A stretch of 64,000 nucleotides of DNA from Raillietiella orientalis (lineage: Eukaryota), in assembly GCA_036172245.1 (NCBI GenBank), contig JAYWIR010000101.1:1-64000 (forward strand), given 5' to 3'. Shown here one piece after another: positions 35,548 through 48,645 of the stretch. Both the position numbers and the translations under genes were made by a program. Every line of letters begins with the position of its first letter. Position 1 is the stretch's first letter. A model generated the notes under the pieces. It saw nothing but the letters and a program-made list of their open reading frames with translations, was not told the DNA's origin and did no database searches.

Positions 35548-38500
35548 ATGACCTCTTACCTATCGACCGCCAGGAGGCTGAACATCGCCTCCTGGAACAT
35601 AAACGGTGTGGTCGACCAGGGAAAAAGAAGAAGGATTGCGCGGACCATCGCACAACAAGACATCGTGTGCCTGCAGGAGACCCACACGATGGGTCTCGAG
35701 ATAAGCCAGCGAATGGAACGGCGATTCAACGGGCACATGCTCGTCAACGAAGGAGAACGGAACACGAAGGGTGTGACGGTGCTAATAAAGAACCACTTAG
35801 CCCCCACTATTCTGGAAGTGTTCTGTCCCCAACCCGGACGAATCATCGGCGTGCGACTGGCCTGGTCCGCAACTGTTCACCTTATCCTGGTGAACGTGTA
35901 CGGGCCGCACAGGCTAAAACATCGTTGTGCGGAGGCGCTGCATGCAACACTCCGGCAAAAGGTCGCCCCTAAGGACGTCGTGATTGTTGCTGGCGATCTC
36001 AACATCTTGGATGAGATCATTCATTCGGAAGACGCCAGAGGAAGGACGGCGTATCGACGGCTATCCGAGGAGTTCGGACTGGTCTGGCGAACAGCAAGCC
36101 ACAAGCCAATCGATCACGTCCTGCACAGCACCGAACTTGGGAACCGCATCCAGGGGTTTCGCGACACTATGACTACGGTGTCCGATCACCCTTTGGTGCG
36201 GTTTTCCCTAAGAACGGAGAATCCTCGACGGAGGCAAGGCACCAGGGCGGCGCTCATCAGCATGCCCGCCTGGTTCGAAACCCATCCCGGACATCAGGAT
36301 GTCCTGGAGGCGATTCTGAGGGCAACAACAATCCGAAGAGTCGCCGACTGGGACAGCCTAAAACACAGGATACACCTGTTTGCGAACATGCAGTTCGGGG
36401 ATAGGCGCTTGAGTCAAGAGGCGTACCGGGAGCTGAACATCCAAGATCGCTCCCTCTCAAAGTACTTCGATCAGTACGAGAGTCGGTACGTCCTCAATAA
36501 CATAAAAGGGGAAGTCGGCGTGCTGGAGAAGAGAAATCTGGCAACAGATATCTTCTGCATCCAGTACGACATCCAAAAGCGACAGTCGTCTGAGGACATC
36601 GTGGATGCCTTTCACAGGCATTACACGAAACACTTCAGGCGACAACAGCTGTGTCGCTCTAGTCAACAGGCCTTCTTGAGCTATCTCGAGAAGAGGACCG
36701 ACGACCTCCAGCGGAACAGACTGGAGGAGGAGTTCTCCGAAGAAGAGGTGAAGACTGCGTTTGGGCAACTTCGCAAGGACGTGGCAGCGGGCCCTGACAG
36801 TGTACTTATCACGCACTATCAGCGGTACCTGCACGCCTACCTGCGCTTGTTCCACCAGTTGACCCTCTGCATCCGGGAAGAAGGCAGACTACCTCAGTCC
36901 TTCTACGAGAGTCGGATGAGATTGCTGCCGATAGGAGGCGACTCTACCCAGATCGCCCAATGGAGGCCAATCTCGATCCTAAACTCCGATGCCAAGTGGT
37001 TGGCGAAGATTTGGTCCAACCGCTTAGGCAAGGTCATGTCGAGGCTGATCTCTCCGGTCCAGACATGTGCAGTCCCAGGACGACACATGTCGGAGAATGT
37101 CAAGTGTGCTCAGGCCACTGTTGGACTCAGTCGATACGTCGGCGAGAACCTGGTGCTGGTGTTCACTGACATGGAGAAGGCCTTCGACTCCATCGACCAC
37201 GGGATGCTGCTGAAGGTTCTGGAGAAGCTAGGGCTTCCGGAAGAATTTAGCAACTTCGTGAGGGCGGTACTCCAGAACCAGTACTGCCGGATCAAGATCA
37301 ACGGCCAGGAGACGGCAGCAATCAGGATGGAACGAGGAGTCCGACAGGGCGACTCGCTAAGTCCGATGCTGTTCGTCATCTATATGGAGGCGTTGTCGTC
37401 CTTTATCGAGAAGAGCGGACGACTAAGAGGGATTACCATCGATAGCCAGCGTCTTACCCATCTGGCATACGCCGATGATCTACTCTTCTTCATCAAGGGA
37501 GAGAAAAATCAGCGTGCGTTTCTGGATGTGGTGGACCTGATGGAACAGGGCTTGGGCTTAAAAATCAATTTCTAGAAGAGCCAGCTTTTGCCGGTCGGAA
37601 TACTGGATCTCTCCACTCTAACGGGTAGTGGATTCCGTAAGGTGGACACGGCCAAGTACCTGGGAGTCTACATCGGCGACGGCTCTGCGTCGAAGCTGCT
37701 GTGGAAGGAAATCCTGGGGAAAACGGCCAAGGAAGCAGCCAAGTACACCCGAACGGACCTTGGGATGAAGCGAAAGGCCAACATATGGAACGGAGTACTC
37801 CTTCCGAAAGTGCTCTTCGGGGCGGCCTTCGCGAGGATGAACAAGGACACTACTAGGGAGTTCGACAAGCTGCAAAGAAAAACACTCTGGGGCCACTATC
37901 GCCCAAGAGTAAGACTGAAACCCCTGTGTCGTCCCAGGGAAGAAGGCGTTTCCGGGATGAAGTCGCTTGCACATTCCATGGAAATCATGGATACGCGACA
38001 CATCCTGGACATTGCCACTTACTGGGATGACTGGCCGTATGCGGCGCACAGGGCCTACGCGTTGTTGCTTAACAGCTCGAAAGGCCTGATGACTGCGCTG
38101 CTAGGCAAAGTAGGGGAATGGATAACAATCGACCCGACCTGGAGGAGGAAGCAACGGCTGGTGCGGAAGCACCAAATCAAGATCGTGCCGCGAAGTAGGG
38201 AACTATGGCAGGACGAGTCCATCCTGGTGATCCCTTGGTTGCTTCCTGTCCCGCCGGACACGAGAAGCTGGATCTACCAGCGGTCCAGAGTTACCCTACT
38301 GCAAATACAGGAGTGGAGGCGAGGAGGCTACCTACATCAAACACGTATACTTCGGTATACAGAGATGATGTTAGGAAGGTTTACCCACAGGACCCGCGAA
38401 GTGTGGTTCAACCACAACGACTTCGCATGGTCGAGGGTAACCAGAACAAACCTCCGAAGGCTTATCCAAGAAAACGACCGTGACACCAGTGCCCTCCAGG

Positions 38501-39066
38501 AAGCCACCGAACGTTACGGGAGTGAACGGTTAAACCTGTTAGCGATCGACACGACGCTCTGGAGGAGTGACCTTCCGCCGGCCACCCAGGATGACCTCCT
38601 GATGTTTTATCAAGGAGGAATCCAGAGTGGGTCCCGATTGCAGCACTTCACAGGAAGACGGGAAGACCGAGACTGCACAGCATGTGGAGACGACGACACG
38701 AGACTTCACGTCTTGACGTGTCCCACACTGCTGCATGACTGGCTGATCCTGAAAAGGATCATAGGACTTACCAACAAGTCCGTTATGCAGATCCTCGTCG
38801 GGATGTTTCATGGGGATGGTAATGTTCCCTGTTACAATCCCATGGTGAGGACGACCATAGCCCTCTTCATCACCGCCATACTTGTGCGGTGGTGGAAAAT
38901 GAGGAAAGCCAGGAGAGCCGCACCACCGATGGAGATCCTACAAGGGCTCTTGAAGAGGGAAATCGGCATCAGGAACTGCGGGAAGATCCACGACTGGACG
39001 TACCGATTCATCCTGAAGAGGATCCAGGACGACGCCCGGGACCATCCAGCTGGAAGTCCCCCCTGA
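35548..39066 (+). pseudogene. ORF2 of D (APE-RT-Zn finger) with a single in-frame TAG
   Basis: SWNING, LQETH, GDLN, IDH, SDH, WRPISILN, KAFD, QGDSLSP, YADD, YLG, CTACGDDDTRLHVLTC. The only lesion seen is TAG at 37573-37575. Confidence 0.92.
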
Positions 39067-41081
39067 AAAGCAGAACTCTAGTGCAACCCAAGGACCCCCA
39101 GGTGCAAAATGTTTGTATTGAGTGAATGAGAGTGCGAATGTAAATTTTGTATTTTTATAGAAAAATGAACTTACCCCACCCCTTGTGGGACTTGGGGAAA
39201 CTTAGCTATCGCGAGAGGCGCTGCCTCTTGCAGATCGGAGGATTCGCGCGTTGCCTTTGCGACCGCTTGGGGCACAGCTGTAGCGATTTTGCTCGCCTTA
39301 GCAGTTTCTTTTTTGGCCGCAGTAGGCGCTGCGTCCGCGCGCGAGGACTGCGGGTTGTTAGGCTGTTTGTTCGCGGCACTCGGCGCCTGGGGCACCTTGG
39401 CCGCGGTTGCTTCAGACGGCGCGGTGTTCTTTGCCCGCGGGCGCGTTTTTCCCGTATCGGGCGAACGACCGCATTCCACGCCGCTCGTCGAGGCCTTGGT
39501 GCGAGGCTTCGCGGTCGTGATGCCGACAGTAGGAGGCTTTTTGACCATCGGCACGGTGTCTCCTGCATTCAACAATTGGCTGTGAGGTCTCGTAGAAAGG
39601 TCGCATTCTTCGCGAGCTTTCTTCGGTTCGATAGCCGGAGGCTCTGCCGCGACGATTTTTTTGTGTATTTCACCCCTTCTTTGTGGGGGCGAGAAACAGT
39701 TTTCTGCTCGTGCGTGGTCACGGTTTTCGCAACTCTTTTCGAAGATTTGATGTTTCTTTCTCTCGATTCGCGGCGATTATTCCGCGATGCGGAACGCGAT
39801 TCGTTTCTGCGCTTTCCGTTTTTTAAAAGGAGCTCCGGGCACGTTCCTTTAGTGTGCCCGTGCTCGTGGCAGTAACGGCAAGCGGCCGAGGGACACTTCG
39901 TAATGCGGTGACCCTCCTGCCCGCATTCCGCGCATACACGCGTTTGCCCGGCAAACCACAGGCGGACGGTCATTCCATCCACCTGCAGTCGCGTGCGCAT
40001 CGCACGGCGATCCGGCATCGTCACTCGCACTTGCGCGAGCCCGCTGTGATGGTCTTCGAAACCATCTGCAGGGTTTGGCAACCTCCAAAGCGCGTGAACG
40101 GAGACGAATTTTTCAAGGGCCTCCACGACCTGGCGGTCCGAAAGGCCCTTACACACTCCACTGAGCCGGACAACGAACGACTGGTCCGCTGTGACAGGGA
40201 GTATTTCCTGCCCTTGAATGAGCAGCGGCGTGTGCAGCAAACGCTGCGTAACAAGAGCATCCTTACTGGACACCTCCCAGTAGCCGCACACACTCATGGG
40301 CATGATGGACTCCAGTTGGCCTTTTTGAACTCCAATCCCTTGGAGTTCTTGGCCAAACTCGCGCCCAACCCGCTTAGGCATAAGGACACTTACCTTATAC
40401 CTGAGTGCAGGCGTGTAAGCATTTGCTACATACGCCTGAAGCTCAGGGCTGTCGGGCGAAGGTCCCATAGTAGCCGCGAGGGCAGCGACCTGGGCGAATG
40501 TCCTCGCCGTCGGCGAGGACAGAGGCTCCTTACTAGCAGCCGAAGCAGCCATCTCAGGAGCAGGTGGCGTTCCCTTCTTGCGGCTGATGTTCTTCTTTGC
40601 TCCCATTGCAGCACAGAAGCACAGCAGAACAAAAAGACATAAGAGCCAATCTACCGCGGAGCGACGCAAAAGCACGTCCGTACGCGACCGTCGCTGATGC
40701 GTGAGACGGGAGATGTTCCCGCTTCTTTCCGCTCAGCAAAGGTGCGGCTCCTGCCGAAAGTCGGTGATTTGCGCCACCTCAGCAGCTGGTGACCGATCAC
40801 CTTGGTGAAATCGGACGTCAAGTTGTTCTCCAAGCTATGGGTCGCGCGCCTGGGGAGAATCGCGGAGTCCTTGGTAAGTCCCGAGCAGACGTATGCTGTT
40901 CCGGGGCGGTCCATGGAGGCGAATCTCTTCTTCGCGGGAACATGGTTCGAGTTGCAGCAGCGCGTGGCGCAGCAGGGCCAGGCAGCCGAAATCGCCGCTG
41001 CCAAAGGTAAGCGGCGGTGTTCAAGGTACGATGGAACGCCGGAGCCTTAGCGGTCGGCGTCAGTCTCTGCAAAGCGTTCGA

Positions 41082-44000
41082 GTTTCACCCGGAATTCGCA
41101 GGGGCGTTTATTGTAAAATAAACTTTTACAAAGACGTGAGGTGGCTGGACCATTGCTCAGGCCACGCACGATGAAACACAGAGCCTGCCGGGTCACCGGT
41201 TCGCAGACCGGTACGGTCCACCACGGCAGCAGGGGGATGGGGGAAAAACAAAAAACAAAACAAAAAAGAAAAGAAAAGTTGGGAGGGTAAGGGATGGGAT
41301 CACAGTTGCTGGTGGGGCCGTTGCATCCTTTGCAGGATGCCGGCAAGCTCCTTCTGTATTCCTGGATCCAGGTGAGGCCATCGGGACGCCCTCCTCAGGA
41401 ACTGGGAGGCTGGCTGGATGGCACCCTGGTCGCGTTGTCCTCCCGTAGCCTTCCTCCAAGCGGTGACGATCCCGCGTAGGCAGCACAAAGCTGCTAACGA
41501 GGCCGCTGGCCTAAGGGCGTCGGCAACGAAGAGGGCTTTCAGTGCGTCCCTGGGGATGCCGCAGGAAATTCCGATGGCCTAGGCAAAGCGAAACCAAAGG
41601 GGCCGAAGGGCAACACAATCCACTAGCAGGTGGGGTAGGGGCTCCCGTTCCCCACACCTGACGCAATTGGGGACCGCCGCTCCCCAGGTCCAGTGGTGTC
41701 GGCGGGAGTTGAAGGGGAGTCCCCAGTACTGCAACAGGAGAGCCGAATCCTGCCATTTTAAGGGGAGGGCGGAAGTGTTCATGAGCACCGGGGTCCACTT
41801 CAGATGTTGAATGGGAACATCGAGAAGCGCGCCCCAGCGCAGAAGTCCATTGCGAGGCGTACTCGGAGACGCAGCGTCTGTTAACTGGCCCATCTTTTAC
41901 TTTCCTATCTTCTTTTCCTTTCCGGAGATTGTAACTCAAACCTCTCACTTCGCCGCAACATTGCTGTCCAGATCTTTCATCAGGAAGGGCAGCGAGGCAG
42001 CGAGGGAGTTTTTTCCTGCCCACGCTCTCTTCTTTGGATCCTCCAGGATCTCGCGGAGCGTGCAACTTCTGTAACGTCCAAAAAGAAACCTTTGTTCCTG
42101 TTGGGAGCGTTGCATGCCGAACTGTCCCCACGTTCGAACGGTTTCCTGCAACCAGGCACTACCGTTCAAAGGGCGACAGGTAAGCAATCCTGGGTTTTTC
42201 CGGTACAGCGCAGCCACCCTCCGTATCTGGAGTCCGCATCGGTTGACGCAGCGACGGAGTGCAAGAAACGACGTCAGACCGGTCTTACCAATGGCTTGCT
42301 GGAGAATGAGACGTGCAGAGACGCACCAACAAGTACACCACAACTCTGGAACAAGTGCCGCCAATCGGAACTGGGGCTAAAGCTCCAGCCGCTCCAGCGT
42401 CAGGAGGCCCAGACCACCGTCCCGACGAGGTGCGCACAAGTCTTTTAAGCGAACTCGGGCCCTCCCGTTGCCCCAAAGGGCGATACGGAGGAGGTCCTTT
42501 GTCCGCTTTGTGATCCTCTCTGTGGAAGGCAAACAAAAAGCAGGGGGCGTAGGAGAGGAGCCGCGAACGTGTTTTAAACCTCGGCCCGTTCAGGCAGGAA
42601 AAACCTGCCGCCTCGGAACGGGCGGATCGCCGTCTCTACTTTTTGGAGGCAGCCGGACCACGCTTCCGCAGGGGAGTAGTCCCCCAACGGCACACCAATG
42701 TACTTGAAGTACCTCACCGTGGGGATCCCCAAACGGACTCAGTCCTGCTGCCCTGCCCACGCCGCACCAACTGGCATCACGGACGACTTCGCCCTGTTCA
42801 CCGTAAGCCCGGTTCCTTGATGCAGCAGGTCGAAGAACTCCTCGACCGCCGCAGCCGGGGTGGACATAGGGAGCAGCAGCAGAAGGTCGTCCGCGTATGC
42901 TGAAACGGCCGGCGTGCCGGCACAGTCGTGCGGCAGGTGCGCCAGAGTTCCCCTGTACGCTCTCAGTACCAACTCAAAGTAGGTACTGAAGAGCAAGGGG
43001 CTCAGTCTGTCTCCCTGCCGGATCCCACGCCGCATTTGCACGTTGTGCACTGTCTGCCCGCTGAAAGAAACGTTGATGAGCGCGTCGCGCCAGCAGGAGC
43101 GCAGATAGGCCACTAATGAGGCCAAGAAGCCCAAGCGTTCCAGAAGGTTTAGAAGGAGATTCCGGTCGACGCAATCGAATGCTTTGCGCAAGTCGACTGC
43201 GACCGTAAGGGCTCCCTCTATCACCCGACCATCCGACCCCTTGCCGGCGCACGCACCGGAATTCCGGCTGCGCACCAAGCTATTTTCATGTTGGAGCTCT
43301 AGCCAGGTGGAAGCGTGGAACAGGTTCGCCTCCATGCTTCGCCCGGGAACAGCATATGTCTGTTCCGGGCTGATGAAGATGTTGGCAACCCGTCCCAGAC
43401 GCTCTGCCCACATCTTGGCTATCAACTTGGCGTCCGCATTCACTATTGTGATGGGACGCCAGTTGTTCATGCTCCTCAGATCTCCTCCCTTAGGGAGGAG
43501 CCGCACCTTTGCCGAACGAAACAAGGCGGGAACGTCACATGTTTCGCGTATCAGCAAGGTGAGTTGCTGTACCAGGGGGGTAAGCTCAGCCGCGAAAGTT
43601 TGATAAAACTCCGCGGGCAGGCCGTCCTCCCCTGGAGCCTTCCGCCTCTTTATCTTTCCGATGGCCGAGAGGATGTCGTCCATCGTGAAAGGCTCGTCGA
43701 GGGTCTTTCTCTGCTCCTCCCCGATCGCTGGTGCGCCTTTCGGAAGCAGGAGTCGTGAGACGTTTCTCTCCGGAGATGCCCTGGCATACAGAGAGGAGTA
43801 GTAACTCCGCAGCAGGCCGCGGATATGGGCAGGTGCCGAGTGCTCCTGGCCCTGATCGTCCAGTAAGCTGGCCGATCCGGACTGCCAGGCTTGCCTCTCG
43901 GCTCCCGCTTTGTATTCCGCCAGCCTGCGGATGTCGGGGGTCCTGGCGTAACGACGGGCCTGCAGGTAGGCTCGTTCGTTACGGACCCCGCTCCCAAAAC

Positions 44001-46638
44001 CCGTAGGTAGGCGGTGCAGAGGGAACTGGTCGCAGAACTCCTGGACCGACCGCTTGAAGCGGTCCAAATCCTGGAGTGTCCGCAGCCTGAAGCTCCGTAT
44101 GAACGTGCGGAGATGTTCCGCTGCGTCCGGGAGCTTTAGCCAGTCCCCTGGGAGACGCCACGCTGACAAGGGGGGCCCCTGTCGCGCGGATGGATCTCGA
44201 GGACTAGCGGGCGTTGGTCGGACAGCTCGCAGGGTAACTTGCCGCGCCTGCCCACGCGAGGGCACAGGTGCTCGTCAAGAAACACGTGGTCAATGCTGTC
44301 TTCCATCCCCGGTGCACTGGCCAACAAATTACAGGTGTGCACCGCCATGCACACCTTGTTGACCAGGTCACGCTCGCGATTCTGCCCATCTGGTTTCAGG
44401 CGAACGTTGAAATCGCCTGCAGCCAGATGGGCATTCCGTACGCCTGCTTCGGCCAGCCAGTCTCGCCGGAGGGCAAGGAAAAACTCTTTCCTCGCTCTCC
44501 TGTTCATCAGGTCCGCGCCGCTCGGTGCGTACACATTCGTAACGATCAGATCGATCGAGTCGGACCACCTGAGAGTCAGCTGGCCGACACGTCCGTGATC
44601 GTCGAACCGCACGCTCCGAGCCGCGGCCTCGACGGCTGGCCGAAGCAGGTAGGCGACACCGCAACTTTTTGCTCTCGCACTCCTGTACCATAGCCGCCCT
44701 CCGGAGATCCGTTCGATCTCTTGTGCTTGTTCTGTAGAGATCACGTGGATCTCCTGCAGCAGCGCAAGGTCGTAGGACTCCAGAAGGGCGGCCATGTCTC
44801 GTCTCCTGCCGGCGTCTGTCATGCCGTTCACGTTCCAAACGGCGATGCGCAGACGACGGCGGGAGGAGATTCCCGGCATTACTGCTGGGAAGATTAAGGT
44901 GTGGGGGAGCCCGCCTCTTGCGAGGCGGGCGGGATGTCCATGGGGGTTTCGGCCTTCTCAGGCACCTGAGGCACCTGTTCGGCCTCCACCCCCTCCATCC
45001 CCTCCGTGTCCGTTCGTGGGAGTCTCTCGGGCGACGGGTCCCGAGAGTTTCCCACGCTCATGGCACCCTCGCTTGCGGAAGCCATCTCTTCCCCTTCGAC
45101 GGGGGAGACGAGCTTCCTTGGCTTTGTGGACTTACGTCCAGCCTTCTTGCGCGGTGCCGTGGAAACGGAGGCTGCAATTCCGGCCTCCACCTCGGTGTCG
45201 GAAGTGGGGGACTCCTGAGGGGAGGCCGGGCGCCTTACGGCCTTCTTGCCAGCCTTGGAGGGTTCTGGCTGCAACGAGGCTGCCAGCTCCTCCGCGGCTC
45301 GCGCGAAGGCTACCTCATCGATGGTGGTGTCGATGACGGACGCCGCCGCCGGCTCGCTCCCCTCGCTGTTGACAGAGTCAACAGAGGGGTGGTCGTCGGT
45401 TGTGGCGAGTTCTTTTTCGCAGCGGTCGGGAATACGCCCGACGACAACGCTGCATTCTTTAATTTGCTCGCTTGCCTGCTGTTTTTTCTGGCGGTACGCG
45501 AGCTTTTTCTCCATCCTCCTCTCCTTCTTTGATTTTTTGGCCGTAGCCACCTGCCACCCAGGCTCCTGACTTGTTCCCTCGACTTGTTCGGCGTTGCTCG
45601 CCGGGGTCTCGGGTGCGGCCTGGGCCTTGGGCGCGGGTGGCACAGCCTTCGCGGCAGCTTTCGCCGCCAGCCTTTTCTGCAGAAGCCGGGCACGTTTTTT
45701 AAGGTTTCTCTTGGAAACCACCCGCACTGCTGCTTTAGGGCACACCTTTCTCGTGTGTCCCATGGCTCCGCATACTTGGCACTGCACGTTGGGACACCTC
45801 TTTTTGAGGTGGCCCGACGTATTGCAGAAGCCACAGTATTTCGGCTTCCCCACATACCAGAGGTCGACGGTTTCGCCTTCGACCACCAGTTTGTGGGGAA
45901 GAGTGCAGCCCTCCCGAACGGTCACGCGCGCAGCAGTGAGGCCGTGTTGCAGTCCCGTGTAGTCCTCGAAAGGACTTACTTTCGTCCACTGCGCGTGGAC
46001 CGTTCCGAACTGTTCCAAAGCGGCGCGAACCTGTTCTTTGCGCATTCGCGCAATTACGCCTAACAGGTGGACCACCATTATGCGGTCCGCCGTAGTGGGG
46101 AGGAGCCTGCGCGTCCCCATCACAACGGGGGTTTTAAGCAGTCGTTGGGCCAGCTCTGCATGTTTGCAAATGACCTCAACGTACTGACCCCCGCTGCGGA
46201 TGGTCATAGCGCTGAGCTCCTCCTCTTTCACATCGAGAGTGCGCATGCCCTTCGAGAAGGCGCGCGCGCTCTCTAAAGGATATAAATTGCCTACCTTGTA
46301 GAACAATGAGGGGTTGTACCCCTCCTCTACATGGGCCGACAATTTCGCCGCGGCTGCAGGCGATGGCGCCGACACAACGGCGCTCCACGCCCGCGCTGCA
46401 GCGGGGACCGATTCTGTGGTGGCGGATGCCCCCACCTCCATCGCCTCCGGGGTCGACGTTGCCGCCGCATCCAGGCTCTCCATCGCCTCTGGGGGCGGCG
46501 TTGCCGCTGCCCCCTGGCCATCCCTGGTGGTCGCGTTAGGCATCGCTGCCTGATCGACCACCGAACCACACAACGCTTGCACTGGGGGAGACTTCCTGGC
46601 ACGAGGAGCACCGAGAAAACACGTCCACCCTGGAGCAC
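41082..46638 (-). mobile_element. Element J, full-length (A/F family), antisense within the RT of G
   Basis: 13-bp TSD GCAA(A/G)GCGTTCGA at 41069-41081 / 46639-46651; ORF2 from 44879 with frameshifts; 3' AATAAACGCCCCTGCGAATTCCGGGTGAAAC. Confidence 0.93.
44894..46543 (-). CDS. Intact ORF1 of J (gag-like, two CCHC knuckles)
   Basis: Open frame from MPNATTRDG to SQEAGSPTP*; near-identical to A ORF1 without its stops. Confidence 0.85.
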   Translation of the reverse strand: MPNATTRDGQGAAATPPPEAMESLDAAATSTPEAMEVGASATTESVPAAARAWSAVVSAPSPAAAAKLSAHVEEGYNPSLFYKVGNLYPLESARAFSKGMRTLDVKEEELSAMTIRSGGQYVEVICKHAELAQRLLKTPVVMGTRRLLPTTADRIMVVHLLGVIARMRKEQVRAALEQFGTVHAQWTKVSPFEDYTGLQHGLTAARVTVREGCTLPHKLVVEGETVDLWYVGKPKYCGFCNTSGHLKKRCPNVQCQVCGAMGHTRKVCPKAAVRVVSKRNLKKRARLLQKRLAAKAAAKAVPPAPKAQAAPETPASNAEQVEGTSQEPGWQVATAKKSKKERRMEKKLAYRQKKQQASEQIKECSVVVGRIPDRCEKELATTDDHPSVDSVNSEGSEPAAASVIDTTIDEVAFARAAEELAASLQPEPSKAGKKAVRRPASPQESPTSDTEVEAGIAASVSTAPRKKAGRKSTKPRKLVSPVEGEEMASASEGAMSVGNSRDPSPERLPRTDTEGMEGVEAEQVPQVPEKAETPMDIPPASQEAGSPTP

Positions 46639-48645
46639 GCAAGGCGTTCGATTGCGTAAACCAGAAGCTGCTTTTGGAGCTTATGGAACGCCTTGGGTTC
46701 CCGGCGCACCTCATCGCCTACTTGCGCTCCTGCTGGCGCCACACGTTATGCTGTAACTCTTTCAGCGGGCGCCACGTGTACGGCATTCCCATACATCGGG
46801 GTATCAGGCAGGGAGACAGCTTAAGCCCCCTGCTCTTCAGCATCTTCTTTGAGTTGGTGCTGAGGGCGTACAGGCTGACGCTGACCAACCTGTCGAGCTT
46901 CTGCCCGGGAACAGCGGCCGTGGCCGCCTATGCTGACGACCTTCTCCTGCTGCTGCCCATGTTTACTTCGGCGTCCAGGCTCGAGGACTACTTCGAGCTC
47001 ATTCGTCGGGGAGCGGGCCTGAGCGTCAACAGGACGAAATCAACCGTTGTATCGGTTGGCTCTACGTTGGAGGGGCAGTCCGACTGGATCCTCCTGGGGA
47101 TCCCCACGGGCAGGTGCTTGAAGTATATCGGCGTTCCCTTGGGCGCCTTCTGTCCAGCAGAAGCGTGGTCGGACTGCCTTCACAAGGCCGAGACTGCTCT
47201 GGGCCCGTTCCAAGGCGGCAGGTTTCTCCTGTCGGAACGGGCCTTCGTGTGGAACATTTTCGTTGCCCCTCTCCTCCGTCCCCTCTTTTTTGTTTGTCCC
47301 CCTTTCTACTCGGCTAAGCGTCGGGCGCAACGCCTGTTGCGGAACGCCCTGTTGGGACCGGCGATGTCCAGGATACGTCTGAATTACTTGGCTGCTCCTC
47401 GGCGGGATGCTGGCTTAGACATCCTGACGCTAGAGAGCATCGAGCTGCTGGTGCAGTTTCGGATGTAAGCCCCGTGCGCCAACCTGTGGTTCACTCCGTG
47501 GTGCGCTCCTGCGCGCGTGCTTCTGCGGCGCTGCACAGGCAGCGATGGACTTCTGTCGCTGCGGCCGCACACGGAGCGCGCCACTAGAAGCTTCGGTTTC
47601 CCCTTGAAGCCGCTCTACCGGCTCCTGGAAGCCCAGGAATGAATTTCCTTCCGCCCATTGAACTTTCCAGCCTGGCGGCAGGAACCGTTGCATGGCTAGG
47701 CAAAGCACCAGGATGTTTCCCTCTTGGAACTTCGTTGCGTTCACCATTCTTCGTACTGCACGGTGGATGAGGTCTGCAGCAGCCAGGAGAAGTGGACCCG
47801 CCTGGCCCTCACTCCCCTCGCGGAGCAGACAGACGCCGCCACGCCTCGTCTCAAAGAAACTTCTTCAATGGAGTGAACACTTGAGTGTGCCCCCCGAAGA
47901 ACTTGTGGTCCTCCCTCCTGTTTGAACACTTCTGTGTTCCCTTTTTCGTGGTAGCAGGACGTCATCATGCTGGTTCATGGGTTTTTACTCCAACCGGCGG
48001 ATGAACCTTGTTTCCGGGGAGTTATCTCCCCAAACTGCAAGCAATGCGGGGAAGTAGAAACGCTTCCGCACCTGCTCCTGTACTGCGGTGCCCTTCTACT
48101 GCTTTGGCGGAGGCTGGCCTCAGCTCTCGTGCACCAAGGGGACACCGCGTGGAACTTGATGCGCCTATTCTTTACGCGATGCGGCCTGTATTTGGGTGCT
48201 GTCGCTGGAGCTGTGTGTTGCACCCGCGCCATCGACAAGGCCCACCGAGTGTTGAGGAAGCTGGCCATCCTTAGTCAGACCACCGGATTAGCCAGCACAA
48301 GCATGTCGTCGGCTGCCGAGTGGGCCCATCTGCCACAGGACGTAAGGAAAAATATCAGCGGCATCCATCGCCGGTTTTCAAAGGATAAAACGGACTCACC
48401 AAAGACCCCTGTTTCCTGGATACCATATTTTTATTTTTCATTTTTCATAGTACTGTATTTGTGGTCCCCTCGCTCTTGTTTCGGACTTTCGCCATACCGA
48501 CCTGCGTGTCGGGAATGCCACCCCCTCCGTATCTTTTTTTCCCCTTTGTCCAGGAACTCTGTTCCCGGATAGTTTTCAATAAACGCCCCGGCGCACCCGG
48601 GTGATAAATAGCCGCCCTGCGGAAATCCGTTCGATCTCTTGCGCT

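Larger units (their letters stand above)
33480..39201 (+). mobile_element. Element D, full-length divergent Tx1-like family, antisense within ORF1 of I
   Basis: Perfect 16-bp TSD TTAGCTATCGCGAGAG at 33464-33479 / 39202-39217; ends TTACCCCACCCCTTGTGGGACTTGGGGAAAC. Confidence 0.94.
28967..40690 (-). mobile_element. Element I, full-length degenerate, antisense within G; ORF1 split by D
   Basis: TSD TCGCTGATGC at 28957-28966 / 40691-40700; ORF1 39569..40675 (CAECGQEGHRITKC); ORF2 fragments at 32750-29230; 3' AATAAACGTCCCGGCGCAACCGGGTTCAAA. Confidence 0.88.
23456..48607 (+). mobile_element. Element G (degenerate, full span) in four pieces: 23456-26363, 28672-28966, 40691-41081, 46639-48607; hosts H, I(+D), J
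   Basis: ORF2 reading continues across each insertion (DDAGQECS..AQVHRVVKRYY; SSLM|RETGDVP; KAFD|CVNQ) with TSDs at each break; GGACGTG at 23464; AATAAA-hairpin end at 48578-48607. Confidence 0.85.

Noticed and set aside
28..39066. Bacterial RT systems (group II intron, retron, DGR) or LTR elements
   Set aside because: APE-RT-CCHC architecture, gag-like ORF1, 5' truncations and variable TSDs indicate non-LTR elements; no LTRs, integrase or protease seen.
39176..39201. TTGTGGGACTTGGGGAAA shared by the D and D2 junctions as a common target sequence
   Set aside because: The TSD starts at 39202, so this sequence belongs to the element's 3' end.
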